64,000 bases of DNA from an uncultured Pelagibacteraceae bacterium (GTDB taxonomy: Bacteria > Pseudomonadota > Alphaproteobacteria > Pelagibacterales > AG-422-B15): contig CACLBX010000003.1 in assembly GCA_902605215.1 (NCBI GenBank), positions 4,378-68,377 on the forward strand, in the 5' to 3' direction. Made by a program: the position numbers and the translations under genes. The notes below the pieces were generated by a model that ran no database searches, was not told the origin of the DNA, and saw only the letters and a program-made list of their open reading frames with translations. Numbering within the stretch: the stretch's first letter is position 1; each line of letters opens with the position of its first letter. Below are positions 20,621 through 31,014 of this stretch, piece after piece.

Positions 20621-21651
20621 ATGAAGTTTGCCTTATTATAACTCTTTAATATATTTTTTTTGAACTCTTCTACTTTATCATTTTTTACCAGTGTTACAAC
20701 AGCACCACCAAAACCTGCTCCAGTGAGTTTAGCTCCATATGCACCAAATTCATTACACAATCTGACTATGGTATCTAGCTCATCAATTGAAACTTCAAAA
20801 TCCTTCGCTAAGGAATTATGACTCTGTGTCATAAGTTCACCAAAGTATTTTTCGTTATTGGTTAATAAGGCGTCTTTTCCATTTTTCGTTCTTATATTTT
20901 CTGCTACTACGTGTTTAGCCACTTTGTATTCATTATTGTTTAATAAATTTGAATCAATAATATTGATGTCAGAAATATTTGATAAAAAATCAACCTTTAA
21001 TTTTTTTTTAGCTGAAATACAAAAAGCTTTTTTCTTATTAAAGTCACTTTTTTCTAAAATACGTTTTATACCACTGTCTATGATGAGAAATGTTGAGGTA
21101 ACAAATAAAGGTATTTTTTCATAATCATTATTCAGAGTATTTAAATAAAGTACTTTGCTACTTTCTCCAAAGACTGATGCATATTGATCCATTATACCTC
21201 CACCAACTCCAACAAATTTATTCTCGACATCAAATGCAGCGTTTGCTAATTCAATTTCGCTCATTTCAATTTTAAAATATTTTACAAGAGATTTAAGGAT
21301 GCTCACACTCATTGCGGCAGAGGATGATAAGCCAATGCCTATAGGTAGATCGCTTGATATATCAATGCTTATATCTTTAATATCAATTTGATATTTATCT
21401 CTTATATATTTGCAAGATCCTAGTGCAAAATCTGACCAATGATGGTTTTTACTTTCCAAACGATTTGTTTCAAAAATATCATTATAGTCATTTGATCTTA
21501 TAGTTATTTTATTAGATTTTTTATTTTCAGAGATCTTTGTTTCGACTCCTAATTTTAGTTGAAGTGGCATTACAAAACCACCATTATAGTCTAAGTGCTC
21601 GCCTAATAGGTTAACTCTGCCAAAACTTTTACCAACAGCATTATTTTGCAT
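20617..21651 (-). CDS. galK: Galactokinase-like GHMP kinase
   Basis: GRVNLLGEHLDYNGG (galactokinase signature) and PIGIGLSSSAA (GHMP ATP motif). 4-nt overlap with the GH1 gene. Confidence 0.78.
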   Translation of the reverse strand: MQNNAVGKSFGRVNLLGEHLDYNGGFVMPLQLKLGVETKISENKKSNKITIRSNDYNDIFETNRLESKNHHWSDFALGSCKYIRDKYQIDIKDISIDISSDLPIGIGLSSSAAMSVSILKSLVKYFKIEMSEIELANAAFDVENKFVGVGGGIMDQYASVFGESSKVLYLNTLNNDYEKIPLFVTSTFLIIDSGIKRILEKSDFNKKKAFCISAKKKLKVDFLSNISDINIIDSNLLNNNEYKVAKHVVAENIRTKNGKDALLTNNEKYFGELMTQSHNSLAKDFEVSIDELDTIVRLCNEFGAYGAKLTGAGFGGAVVTLVKNDKVEEFKKNILKSYNKANFI

Positions 21652-21658
21652 TGACTAA

Positions 21659-22993
21659 CTAACTTTTTCTTTCTGATCTCAAGCTTGAAAATACTGTGTC
21701 GTAAAAACTACTGTCATACCTATGAAAAGCCATGATTAACATTGCAATTGTTCCAGCAACCGCAGGAAATATATATCCCATGATAAATAGTCCCTCTAAA
21801 GTTTCAGAGTTTTGTATTATTTCATTTGGTTGATAATTAGTACTTTCCAGAATTATTCCAGCTAACCAGCCACTAAAACCAATGCTAAGCTTAAAAATAC
21901 ACACAAACGAAGAATTAATTATCCCCTCAGATCTAAACCCTGATTTCCACTCTCCAAACTCAACTGAGTCTGCAAGCATTGACCATGTCGCTACACCTGC
22001 CATTCCAAATCCAATGAATCCAAATGATCCAACAAAAGCAAATAACCAAAAATTTTCATAACCAGTTATAAAATATATAATTAAATCAGTGACAACATAA
22101 AGAGCTGTACCAATTATAAAAATAATTTTCTTCTCAAACATATTTTTGATTAAATTTGTTGCTAAAGCGCCCAGCATTATTTGTAAAATGACACCTAATA
22201 AAATTAATCCAAAATAAGGTTCAAGTTGGAGATTATATTTAATGAAATAAATTACAGTTACTTGCTTTACATTATTTGCAATCCATGTTCCTAGTAGTGC
22301 AACAATTATAAACTGCAGTGCAAAGTTATTTGCCAGCATATTTATTATTTTTTTAAAGCTAATCCTTTTTTCATAGACCTTGGAATAAATCTCTTTTGTA
22401 TTAAAGAAACATAGAAAACAAAAGATAGATCCAAGTAAAGCAAAACAAGCAACAACAATTGGAAATCCTAATTGGGGACTTGCAAAGAGAGAAACTAATG
22501 GAAGAGTTAATGCAGCAACAACTACTGAGCCTGAGGATCCTCCAATGTATCTGAATGATGCTAACGACGTTCTTTCATTCATATCTTGAGTCATAGCTGC
22601 AGTCATTGAGCCAAATGGAATAGCCATAATTGTATATAAAGTAGTGAAAGAAATATAAGTGAATAGTGCCCAGTAAAATTTTCCTTCATCTGAAAGGTTA
22701 GGTGATGTAAAGCAAAGAATAATAGCTAGCAATGCTGGTATTGATCCAAAAAGTATGTACGGTCTAAATTTACCCCAACGTGTAGATGTATTATCTGCCA
22801 AGTATCCCATTAAAGGATCGGTGACGGCATCCCATGCTTTAGCTAAAAGAAAAACTAATCCAGCAGTTGAAGGTGATAGGCCAAATACATCTGTATAAAA
22901 AAAAAGGAGGTAAAATACAGTTAATTGCCACATAATATTTATAGCAAAGTCACCTCCACCATAAAAAAACTTTGTTCTAAAGCTTAGTTTCAT
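21659..22993 (-). CDS. Glycoside-pentoside-hexuronide (GPH):cation symporter, MelB/LacS-like
   Basis: 444 aa with about 12 TM. LAKAWDAVTDPLMGYLADNTSTRWGKFRPY is the GPH loop motif. Confidence 0.8.
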   Translation of the reverse strand: MKLSFRTKFFYGGGDFAINIMWQLTVFYLLFFYTDVFGLSPSTAGLVFLLAKAWDAVTDPLMGYLADNTSTRWGKFRPYILFGSIPALLAIILCFTSPNLSDEGKFYWALFTYISFTTLYTIMAIPFGSMTAAMTQDMNERTSLASFRYIGGSSGSVVVAALTLPLVSLFASPQLGFPIVVACFALLGSIFCFLCFFNTKEIYSKVYEKRISFKKIINMLANNFALQFIIVALLGTWIANNVKQVTVIYFIKYNLQLEPYFGLILLGVILQIMLGALATNLIKNMFEKKIIFIIGTALYVVTDLIIYFITGYENFWLFAFVGSFGFIGFGMAGVATWSMLADSVEFGEWKSGFRSEGIINSSFVCIFKLSIGFSGWLAGIILESTNYQPNEIIQNSETLEGLFIMGYIFPAVAGTIAMLIMAFHRYDSSFYDTVFSSLRSERKS

Positions 22994-24132
22994 AAATGTT
23001 TATAAGTTGTTTCTACTAACTTCAGAGCCCTTTGATCGCCCAGCATAGATCCTGTAAGTAAATTCATTGTGTAAGCAAAACTCACCCCATTTTCGGGATC
23101 ACCAAAAGCCATCGAACCACCCCAACCAGTGTGACCAAAAGCTTTGCTACTTTCCCCAAATAATTTGCCACCTCCAACGCTGTAACCTGCACAGCTCCAT
23201 TGCATTGGCGATTTCATAACATTGTCATCACCACTGACAGCTACCGCTGTTACTAATTTAAAAGTTTCATTTGATATGAAGTTATTTGATTGATGATTTA
23301 TAAAATGATCATAAATTTTAGCGATTGACCTTGAATTTCCATGACAATTCATGGCTGGTATTTCGGCTAGTCTCCATTCAGTAGTGTTTGCTGTTTTTGT
23401 TCTGTTAGCTGGATTGAGGAATGCAGTTACCATATAATTATCTACATTTTCTGGATTACTAAATGCTTTACGTAAACTTTCAGAACTTATTAACTCAGCA
23501 ATATTATTATGATATATTTCGGGAGTTCCAATAAAACATTTTGCTTCAAGGGGTTCACTAAGAAGTTCATGTAAATTTTCACCAACTGATTTTTTTGTAA
23601 TTCTTTTAATTAATTCTCCAACGAGAAAACCAATTGTTTTAGGATGATAGCAAATTTCTTTGTCTGGTGCATGGTAAGGTTTTTGTTTTGCAAGTAATTC
23701 ACAAATATAATCCCATTTATAAAAGTCTGTTTCATCAAGTGGCTCCCTCCAACCATAAAGACCTGCTCGATGAGATAATAGTGTCCTTACTTTAATATTT
23801 TCTTTCCCATTTTCAGAAAATTCTGGCCAATAATCACAAACTCTTTTATCTAATTCTAATTCACCTTTATCAATTAGTTTTGCAACTATCATGGCGACAA
23901 TTCCCTTACTCGTTGAATGAACATTGACCATTGTGTCTTTATTCCAGCTTATGCTTTTGTCACGATCTTGAAAGCCACCATAAAGATCTATAATAGGCTT
24001 GCCATCTTTGTATACAGCAAATGATGCACCAACTTCTTCATCACTTTCAATATTTCTCTTGAAAAGTTCATAGGTTTCTTGGAACTTTTCATCAAATTCT
24101 CCATACTCTGCAACAGAATTCATAGTACTCAT
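22990..24132 (-). CDS. Serine hydrolase, beta-lactamase/esterase (class C-like) family
   Basis: HSTSKG (SxxK), LLSHRAGL and HTGWGGS motifs. No signal peptide, so probably cytoplasmic. Confidence 0.8.
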   Translation of the reverse strand: MSTMNSVAEYGEFDEKFQETYELFKRNIESDEEVGASFAVYKDGKPIIDLYGGFQDRDKSISWNKDTMVNVHSTSKGIVAMIVAKLIDKGELELDKRVCDYWPEFSENGKENIKVRTLLSHRAGLYGWREPLDETDFYKWDYICELLAKQKPYHAPDKEICYHPKTIGFLVGELIKRITKKSVGENLHELLSEPLEAKCFIGTPEIYHNNIAELISSESLRKAFSNPENVDNYMVTAFLNPANRTKTANTTEWRLAEIPAMNCHGNSRSIAKIYDHFINHQSNNFISNETFKLVTAVAVSGDDNVMKSPMQWSCAGYSVGGGKLFGESSKAFGHTGWGGSMAFGDPENGVSFAYTMNLLTGSMLGDQRALKLVETTYKHL

Positions 24133-24178
24133 TTATAGTGTAATAAAATTAAATTTATATATTCTTCATTTAGATTAT

Positions 24179-25087
24179 ATGAGCGAAGTGAATAACAAAA
24201 CATATTTAATGGGTTTTATTCTTGCCTTATCTGCTGGGTTGATATGGAGTTTTGGTGCACCTACTGTTCGCTATATGGTTGATGCTGAAATTTATCAATG
24301 GCATTATCTGTTTTGTAGAGGCATTGTGGTAGCAACAATTCTTCTAATCTTTTTAATATATCAAGAAGGATTAGCGTTCAGACATAATTTTAAACGGGTA
24401 GGTATTTCAGGTTTAATTGGCGGTTTGGGTCTTGCCACAGCATTTATTTTTTTCATATTTGGGATGACTTTTACCTCTGCAGCGACAACTTTATTTATGA
24501 TTGGTACTCAACCCTTATTTGCGGGACTGTTTGCTTATATTTTTCTCAGAGAAAAAGTTGGAATAACTACAGCTATTGCATGTTTTGTATCACTATTTGG
24601 AATGTTTTTAATGGCATACAATGATTGGTATGCTGGCACATTTTTAGGTTGGACTTTTGGTTTGTTTTGCTCGATTGGTTTTGCGATATTTGCAACAACT
24701 TTAAGATGGCAACCTGATACACCAAAATTTACAACCATCATTATTGCTGGCATTGCATGTTCATTATTTTCAATGTGCATGATTATTTATCTTAATGATG
24801 GCTACACCATGCCGCTTAGAAATATACTATTGAGTATGATGCATGGCTCTTTTGTAGCAATAGGGCTAATATTATTAAGTATTGGCGCACGCTATTTGCC
24901 AGCAGCTGAATTCATGCTTCTTTCTCTTACTGAAGTAGTAGGTGGAGTTATATGGTGTTGGATACCTCTGTTTGGAGTCAACGAAGTACCTTCAACATTT
25001 ACTCTTATAGGAGGCATGATTATAATTTTTGCAATCAGCTTCTTTGCTTTAGGCTCAAAACAGAAAACATCACCACCAACTTTATGA
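24179..25087 (+). CDS. DMT superfamily (EamA-like) transporter
   Basis: 302 aa with ten predicted TM in a two-fold repeat typical of EamA domains. Confidence 0.78.
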   Translation: MSEVNNKTYLMGFILALSAGLIWSFGAPTVRYMVDAEIYQWHYLFCRGIVVATILLIFLIYQEGLAFRHNFKRVGISGLIGGLGLATAFIFFIFGMTFTSAATTLFMIGTQPLFAGLFAYIFLREKVGITTAIACFVSLFGMFLMAYNDWYAGTFLGWTFGLFCSIGFAIFATTLRWQPDTPKFTTIIIAGIACSLFSMCMIIYLNDGYTMPLRNILLSMMHGSFVAIGLILLSIGARYLPAAEFMLLSLTEVVGGVIWCWIPLFGVNEVPSTFTLIGGMIIIFAISFFALGSKQKTSPPTL

Positions 25088-25104
25088 GTAAAAGAGTTTG
25101 TTGA

Positions 25105-26268
25105 ATGAATGAAATAGTATCTACTAACTGGAATTATCCGACACCTATATGGTTTGGGCTTTCACGCAGACTTGAAATTATAGAAGCGCTCAATGAGTTA
25201 TCTATAACCAAACCAATGATTGTTACGGATCCAAATTTTGCAGAAAATGAAAAGTTTGTTGATATTCTTGCTATTCTTAAAAAGAATCAGATCGAATACT
25301 CAGTATTTTCAAATATAAAAGGCAATCCCACGGGTATGAATGTTATGGATGGTGTTGCTCAATTTAATTCAAGCAAAAGTAATGGTGTAATTATTATTGG
25401 TGGAGGAAGTTCCTTAGATGCTGGAAAAGCCATTGCTTTCATGTCTAAGCAGAGAGAGAACCTATGGTTTTTTGAAGATGTCAGCGACAATTGGAAACAA
25501 GCTGTTACTGACAATCTGCCACAAGTAATTGCAATGCCAACAACTTCAGGAACCGGTTCAGAGACAGGACGAGCCTCACTTATTGTGGATGAAGCGGATA
25601 TGACAAAAAAAATTATTTTCCATCCATCTTTCTTGCCCAATTTAGTCGTTCTTGATCCTGAGTTGACTTTGAGTTTACCTCCTCACTTAACTGCTGCGAC
25701 GGGAATGGACGCACTTGCACATTGCTTAGAAGCTTATTGTGCTCGAGGGTTTCATCCTATGGCAGATGGGATAGCTTTAGAGGGAATTAAAAATGTTAAG
25801 GATCAATTACTCACTGCTTATAACGAGCCAGACAATATTAATGCTAGAAGTAAGATGTTAGTAACTTCATCCATGGGTTCTACAGCTTTTCAAAAAGGAT
25901 TGGGAGTTATTCATTCATTGTCACATCCGATAAATGCAGTAAATGATATTCATCATGGGTTATCAAATGCTATTTTTATGCCTTATGTTCTTAACTTCAA
26001 TAAAGATGTAATTGAAGATAGAATTGTTTCTTTATCAAAATATCTAGATCTTAATAAGAAATCATTTGATGGTTTCATGGAATGGATCTTGGAATTAAGA
26101 AGTAATCTTGCTATACCTCATACACTTAAAGAGTTGAATGTTGATTTTGACTTTGACTTACTATCAGAAATGGCTTTAAAAGATCCATCTACTCAACCGA
26201 ATCCTAAAGATATATCTTTAGATCAAATGAAGAATCTTTATATAAATTCATACAAAGGTATTTTATAA
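25105..26268 (+). CDS. Iron-containing (group III) alcohol dehydrogenase
   Basis: GGGSSLDAGKAIA, PTTSGTGSE, GMDALAHCLEAY and HSLSHPI metal-binding motifs. Confidence 0.88.
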   Translation: MNEIVSTNWNYPTPIWFGLSRRLEIIEALNELSITKPMIVTDPNFAENEKFVDILAILKKNQIEYSVFSNIKGNPTGMNVMDGVAQFNSSKSNGVIIIGGGSSLDAGKAIAFMSKQRENLWFFEDVSDNWKQAVTDNLPQVIAMPTTSGTGSETGRASLIVDEADMTKKIIFHPSFLPNLVVLDPELTLSLPPHLTAATGMDALAHCLEAYCARGFHPMADGIALEGIKNVKDQLLTAYNEPDNINARSKMLVTSSMGSTAFQKGLGVIHSLSHPINAVNDIHHGLSNAIFMPYVLNFNKDVIEDRIVSLSKYLDLNKKSFDGFMEWILELRSNLAIPHTLKELNVDFDFDLLSEMALKDPSTQPNPKDISLDQMKNLYINSYKGIL

Positions 26269-26270
26269 AT

Positions 26271-27008
26271 ATGATTAAGACAGAAAAATTAATCTATGGT
26301 GCGCTTAATTCTGATCAAAAATTTGAGGGCTCAATCAGTTATGATGATAGTATAAGTACTCCTCGTCCCGGTATAATCGTTTGCCATGCATATGGCGGGC
26401 ATTCACCTTTTGATATTGGGAAATCTGAAAAATTGGCTGAATTAGGTTATTTCGCTTTTGCAATTGATCTCTATGGTCAGGGTAGACGAGGTTCCAACCC
26501 AGAAGAATCAATGGCACTTATGAATGAATTTAATTCTGACCGAGTGTTCCTTCAAGAACGCATGATAAATGCGTTTGATACTCTTAAAAACTTTGATCAA
26601 GTTGATAAGAATAAAACAGGGGCCATCGGGTTTTGTTTTGGTGGCAAGTGTGCTCTTGATCTTGCAAGATCTGGAGAAGATATCAAGGGGGTTGTTAGTT
26701 TCCATGGACTTTATGATGCTCCAACAGCGAGTACCGGAAAGCAATTAAAAGGTACCTTAAAAATTGATAGCTCGATACTAATTTTGCATGGCTATGATGA
26801 TCCTATGGCTACTCCAAAAAGTATGATTGAACTTGCTGATGAATTAAATTCAAAGAAAGCTAAATGGCAAATTCATGCATATGGTAATGTAGGCCATGCC
26901 TTTACTAATCCAGAAGCTAATCAGAAAGAAAGTGGATTATTTTATGACCAATACGCTGATGAGCATTCTTGGAATGAAATGAAAAATTTCTTTTCTAAAA
27001 TATTTTAG
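26271..27008 (+). CDS. Dienelactone hydrolase family protein
   Basis: GAIGFCFGG (nucleophile Cys elbow), LHGYDDP and a C-terminal GHAF segment. Confidence 0.85.
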   Translation: MIKTEKLIYGALNSDQKFEGSISYDDSISTPRPGIIVCHAYGGHSPFDIGKSEKLAELGYFAFAIDLYGQGRRGSNPEESMALMNEFNSDRVFLQERMINAFDTLKNFDQVDKNKTGAIGFCFGGKCALDLARSGEDIKGVVSFHGLYDAPTASTGKQLKGTLKIDSSILILHGYDDPMATPKSMIELADELNSKKAKWQIHAYGNVGHAFTNPEANQKESGLFYDQYADEHSWNEMKNFFSKIF

Positions 27009-28666
27009 TTATCCCAGTATAAATATTCATCGCCTTCAACATATTCTTGTCCTCCGTGTTTATCAATTAACACTGGGATTGACAGTGAACTTTGAAACAC
27101 AGGTGGTGACTGTTCCTTCATATGATTAAAGAGCATCAATTCAAGTTCTGTTACTCTTATGGGATTAGTTTCAGCAAGATTATTTCTCTCAGTAGGGTCA
27201 TTTGAAAGATTAAAGAGCCAATTTTTATTAATTTTTTCATCTTTAATGAGCTTCCATTCATTGTGCATTACAGTTTTGAGCCTTCCGGAGATCCAAAATA
27301 ATGTTTCGTGTGGAGGTATCTTAATTTCATTATTAATATACGGAATAAGGTTTTTTCCATCGATAATTCTATCATTGGGAATCTGTGCCCCAGCGGCTTT
27401 AGCAACTGTTGGTAAAATATCGTTTTGATGAATAGGATAATCATATATTGAGCCAGCTTCTATTTTATTCGGCCATTTAGCCATGAATGGTATGTGCATG
27501 CCTCCTTCAAAATGCGTTAGTTTCCAACCCCTATATGGCTTATTTATATTAGACAAATGTATATAATCGGCTCCTCCATTATCACTTGAGAAAATGATGA
27601 GTGTATTATCTGAAATACCAAGGTTCTCTAATACGTCCAAAATTTTTCCAATGCCTCTATCTAGAGATTTCAGCATTCCCGAGTATACCCTTAATTTGTG
27701 CTGATCATCTCCTTGAAGATGATGAAAATGATCGTAATCTTCTTTTAGTGATTGAAGTGGGTTATGAGGCGCAAAGTGACCCAAATACAAAAAAAATGGT
27801 CTGTTTCTATTTTTCTCAATTACTTTGATTGCTTCATCAGTGTAGTAATCAGTTAGATATCCACCAGGTTCAAATGCTTCACTATTATTAAATGAAACAG
27901 AAAATTGTGATGCAGACCATACCATATTATCAATAGCTTCATTTGTTTTTGCATTAATAACATTCGGATCATTTTTTGGAAGATAGAGACCGCTCAGCAT
28001 TTGAAGACTGTCATCAAAACCCTGGTCAGTTGGCGTGGTACCTTCAATCACTCCCAAATGCCATTTACCTATGTGTGCATTATAATAGCCTTCATTTTTT
28101 AAGACCTCGGCTATAGTTATTTCTTCTGGTGACATACCCGTACTGTACAAATCAACAAATTCCTCAGAAGCATTTCTATTTATTTCTGACTTTAACACTG
28201 GATCATCAATATCGTTTACCCATTGAGCAAAAGTTTGTGCAATTTTAAAGTATGGCGTGAACTCATAACCAAATCGGGTTGAATATCTTCCTGTCATTGT
28301 GGAAGCCCTTGAGGGAGAGCAGCTTGCACTAGCCGCATACCCTTTATTAAAAATAACTCCTTCTTTTCCAATTCGATCTATATTGGGAGTCATCAATGTT
28401 CCATCTCCAGCTCCTCCATTGTAGAGAGAAACATCATTGAAACCTAAATCGTCAGCTAGTATTAAAATAATATTGGGTTTATTTGTTACCATCCTTTCAT
28501 CGTCAGATGGCCCGTCTGGCCAAGTTATCTGCGTATTTTCAGCTACTGGTCTCGCTGCATCAACAACAAATGGTAATCCCCAAACAAGTAGATTTACACG
28601 ATTTATCCATAGGACAAGAGATAGGATAAGCAGCGAAATAAACACAATTGATAATTTTTTTATCAT
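27005..28666 (-). CDS. Arylsulfatase (formylglycine-dependent, Cys-type)
   Basis: N-terminal TM/signal, ILADDLGFNDV, SASCSPSRASTMTGR (CxPxR formylglycine motif), GKWHLG and SSDNGG. Confidence 0.9.
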   Translation of the reverse strand: MIKKLSIVFISLLILSLVLWINRVNLLVWGLPFVVDAARPVAENTQITWPDGPSDDERMVTNKPNIILILADDLGFNDVSLYNGGAGDGTLMTPNIDRIGKEGVIFNKGYAASASCSPSRASTMTGRYSTRFGYEFTPYFKIAQTFAQWVNDIDDPVLKSEINRNASEEFVDLYSTGMSPEEITIAEVLKNEGYYNAHIGKWHLGVIEGTTPTDQGFDDSLQMLSGLYLPKNDPNVINAKTNEAIDNMVWSASQFSVSFNNSEAFEPGGYLTDYYTDEAIKVIEKNRNRPFFLYLGHFAPHNPLQSLKEDYDHFHHLQGDDQHKLRVYSGMLKSLDRGIGKILDVLENLGISDNTLIIFSSDNGGADYIHLSNINKPYRGWKLTHFEGGMHIPFMAKWPNKIEAGSIYDYPIHQNDILPTVAKAAGAQIPNDRIIDGKNLIPYINNEIKIPPHETLFWISGRLKTVMHNEWKLIKDEKINKNWLFNLSNDPTERNNLAETNPIRVTELELMLFNHMKEQSPPVFQSSLSIPVLIDKHGGQEYVEGDEYLYWDN

Positions 28667-29736
28667 TAGTCAATGTTTGTAATTTTAATCTTATCAGAAT
28701 TAACAGGTAAAATTGCCATAGTACCATCGTCTGCTAATGTCCAGTTATCAGGTCGAACATCATTAACGCCTTCGACAAAAAGTATTTTAGCAATAAAACT
28801 CTGAGGTGCAGGTATCAAGTGATAAAAAATCAGCTCTTTTACATTTGCTTCATTGGCAGCTTGAGCAGCCTCAATGGGCGAGGCATGATATTCCTGAATA
28901 TCATAAAATATTCTTGATAACTGAGGTCGTTGTATATTGTCTGACAGTTCTTCAGCCCTTCCTATCATTTTATAAGATAATGCATCATGAAAAAGTAAAT
29001 CAGCATCTTTTGCTTGTTCAATTAAGTTTACGCTGTAATCCGTGTCACCACTGATAACAATTGATCTTCCCTTGTAATCAAATCTGAAACCCAATGAAGG
29101 TTCAACAGGTGGATGGTCAACTTCAAAAGCCGTGATTTTAAGTTTTTTATCATCAAAAATAACTGGATTATCTAAATCAATTATTGTTGTGTTAAATCCT
29201 GTTATATCTGAAGGAGCTACGTCTTCACCGTGATGTAATGTTCGATATTCCATATCAAGCTCATATGCTCTACTGATACCCTCAGTAACATATTGTGTCC
29301 CACGAGGTCCATATACGGGAAGTTTCTCTCCTCTGTTTTGAGCAACCCATGAATAGAGATGAAAGTCAGCCAAATCAGAGATATGATCAGAGTGTAGGTG
29401 CGTAAATAGCACTGCATCTAAGTTACCAAGGTTTATCCCCCAATTTATTAAGTTCTGTCTGCTGCCATCCCCAGTATCAACTACAAACATATGGTCAGGT
29501 GTTTTGATCATGATGCATGGTTCAGCCCTTCCTTCACCAGGCAAAGGTCCTCGTGATCCACAAACAAGTCCTATTATATAATCGCCCTCAAACGTTATAC
29601 GTTTATCCTGATTGTTTAATTGTGACTCAAAAATAAGGTCAATAAGAAAATTTTGAACTGACGCATTCCTTATTCCAAAAAATGCAATTACTAAAATTAG
29701 AATTCCTACAATAAGAAAATAATAAACTCTTTTCAC
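28666..29736 (-). CDS. MBL-fold metallo-hydrolase with N-terminal membrane anchor
   Basis: FTHLHSDHISD (HxHxDH), SGDTDY and a late YHL histidine. 1-nt overlap with the sulfatase gene. Confidence 0.8.
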   Translation of the reverse strand: MKRVYYFLIVGILILVIAFFGIRNASVQNFLIDLIFESQLNNQDKRITFEGDYIIGLVCGSRGPLPGEGRAEPCIMIKTPDHMFVVDTGDGSRQNLINWGINLGNLDAVLFTHLHSDHISDLADFHLYSWVAQNRGEKLPVYGPRGTQYVTEGISRAYELDMEYRTLHHGEDVAPSDITGFNTTIIDLDNPVIFDDKKLKITAFEVDHPPVEPSLGFRFDYKGRSIVISGDTDYSVNLIEQAKDADLLFHDALSYKMIGRAEELSDNIQRPQLSRIFYDIQEYHASPIEAAQAANEANVKELIFYHLIPAPQSFIAKILFVEGVNDVRPDNWTLADDGTMAILPVNSDKIKITNID

Positions 29737-29737
29737 T

Positions 29738-30115
29738 TTATTTTATTGATGTTCTCTGCGACGTAATTAGCAATAGAATTACAAGAAATATTTCGATAAC
29801 GATGAATTGTGTTGCAAAGGTTGCATCATGAATCCCCCACGAAAGTATTCTAAATAATGCGGTCACACCCAAAAGCATTGCTGGTGCATAAAACCAAATA
29901 TTTTTCAGCGTATAGGCTGCAAGTATCATCATTGTGCCAATACAAAAGAAGTAACTCCCTATATCTCCAATTAGACTACTCCGACCCAATCCTTCTGGTA
30001 TAACCAATATACCAAAGCTTGCTCCAGCATTGTAAGGGGATATTGCCCAGACAAGTCCAAGAATCAGAAATATAAATCCATTAATAGTTGTCAAAATAAT
30101 TAAAAATTTATTCAT
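29738..30115 (-). CDS. Small 4-TM membrane protein (DUF4345-like?)
   Basis: 125 aa, four hydrophobic helices, tightly packed between the MBL and DJ-1-like genes. Confidence 0.45.
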   Translation of the reverse strand: MNKFLIILTTINGFIFLILGLVWAISPYNAGASFGILVIPEGLGRSSLIGDIGSYFFCIGTMMILAAYTLKNIWFYAPAMLLGVTALFRILSWGIHDATFATQFIVIEIFLVILLLITSQRTSIK

Positions 30116-30987
30116 AATGTTTCCTCTATTATTTCCATAATTTTTTGTGCAATTTCATGCCCTGAATTTTGATTTTGCCCAGTTACAAATCTTTTTTCAT
30201 CATCTACAACAACATGATTGGCGAATAAATCTCTAAATCCTGTTTTAGCTTCAAATATTACACCTGCCTTTTTCAACTCTTCTTCTGGATGTTGTGGTGT
30301 CATTTGAATGCTAAGTTCTTTGACTTGTTTATCTGTAACACCTGTCATTTTTCTATTTGCAATTAGGATGTTTCCATTTTTATCTTTAGCATTGATTAGC
30401 CCTAATGGGCCGTGGCAAATAGCACCAATCATGCTACCTGAGTAATATGCTTCTGAAATTCCACTGGCTAAGACATCTGAGAAACCCAAGTCATATGCAG
30501 CACCCCATCCACCAGATAGAAACACGATATCATATTCCTTGAAATCTACTTCCTCTACATTCATAGAGTTGTTAAGTTTATCTATGGCCTTAGCATCTTT
30601 ATAAAATCTTTTGTCAGATGAAGATCTTATAAAATATGAAGTGGTTTGTGGATCTACCGGAATTTTACCTCCCTTAATACTTGCGATATCAACCTTTATG
30701 TTTGCATCAATAAATTCGTAATAAGGCGCTGTTAATTCTGAACTAGCTAAACCAGAGGGCTTTCCTGAGACTTCATCTGGATAATTTAAAATCCCGTGAC
30801 TTGTAGATACTATCAAGGCCTTTTTACCTTCAAAATTAAAAGATCTTCCCTCATAGTTAGGGTGTAGCCCCAAAGACTTTAATATGAATGGCATTAATAT
30901 AATTGTAATAACAACTAGTGAAGTTAAAGCGAAAAGTGTTCTGACAACGATTGATTGATACATGGATGGATCATAATAGATTGACAC
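30112..30987 (-). CDS. DJ-1/PfpI (type 1 glutamine amidotransferase-like) protein with N-terminal TM anchor
   Basis: YDIVFLSGGWGAAYD and GAICHGPLGL (nucleophile-elbow Cys-His). Confidence 0.75.
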   Translation of the reverse strand: MSIYYDPSMYQSIVVRTLFALTSLVVITIILMPFILKSLGLHPNYEGRSFNFEGKKALIVSTSHGILNYPDEVSGKPSGLASSELTAPYYEFIDANIKVDIASIKGGKIPVDPQTTSYFIRSSSDKRFYKDAKAIDKLNNSMNVEEVDFKEYDIVFLSGGWGAAYDLGFSDVLASGISEAYYSGSMIGAICHGPLGLINAKDKNGNILIANRKMTGVTDKQVKELSIQMTPQHPEEELKKAGVIFEAKTGFRDLFANHVVVDDEKRFVTGQNQNSGHEIAQKIMEIIEETL

Positions 30988-31014
30988 AATTTTTCAATTA
31001 CTTATGCTTTTCTG

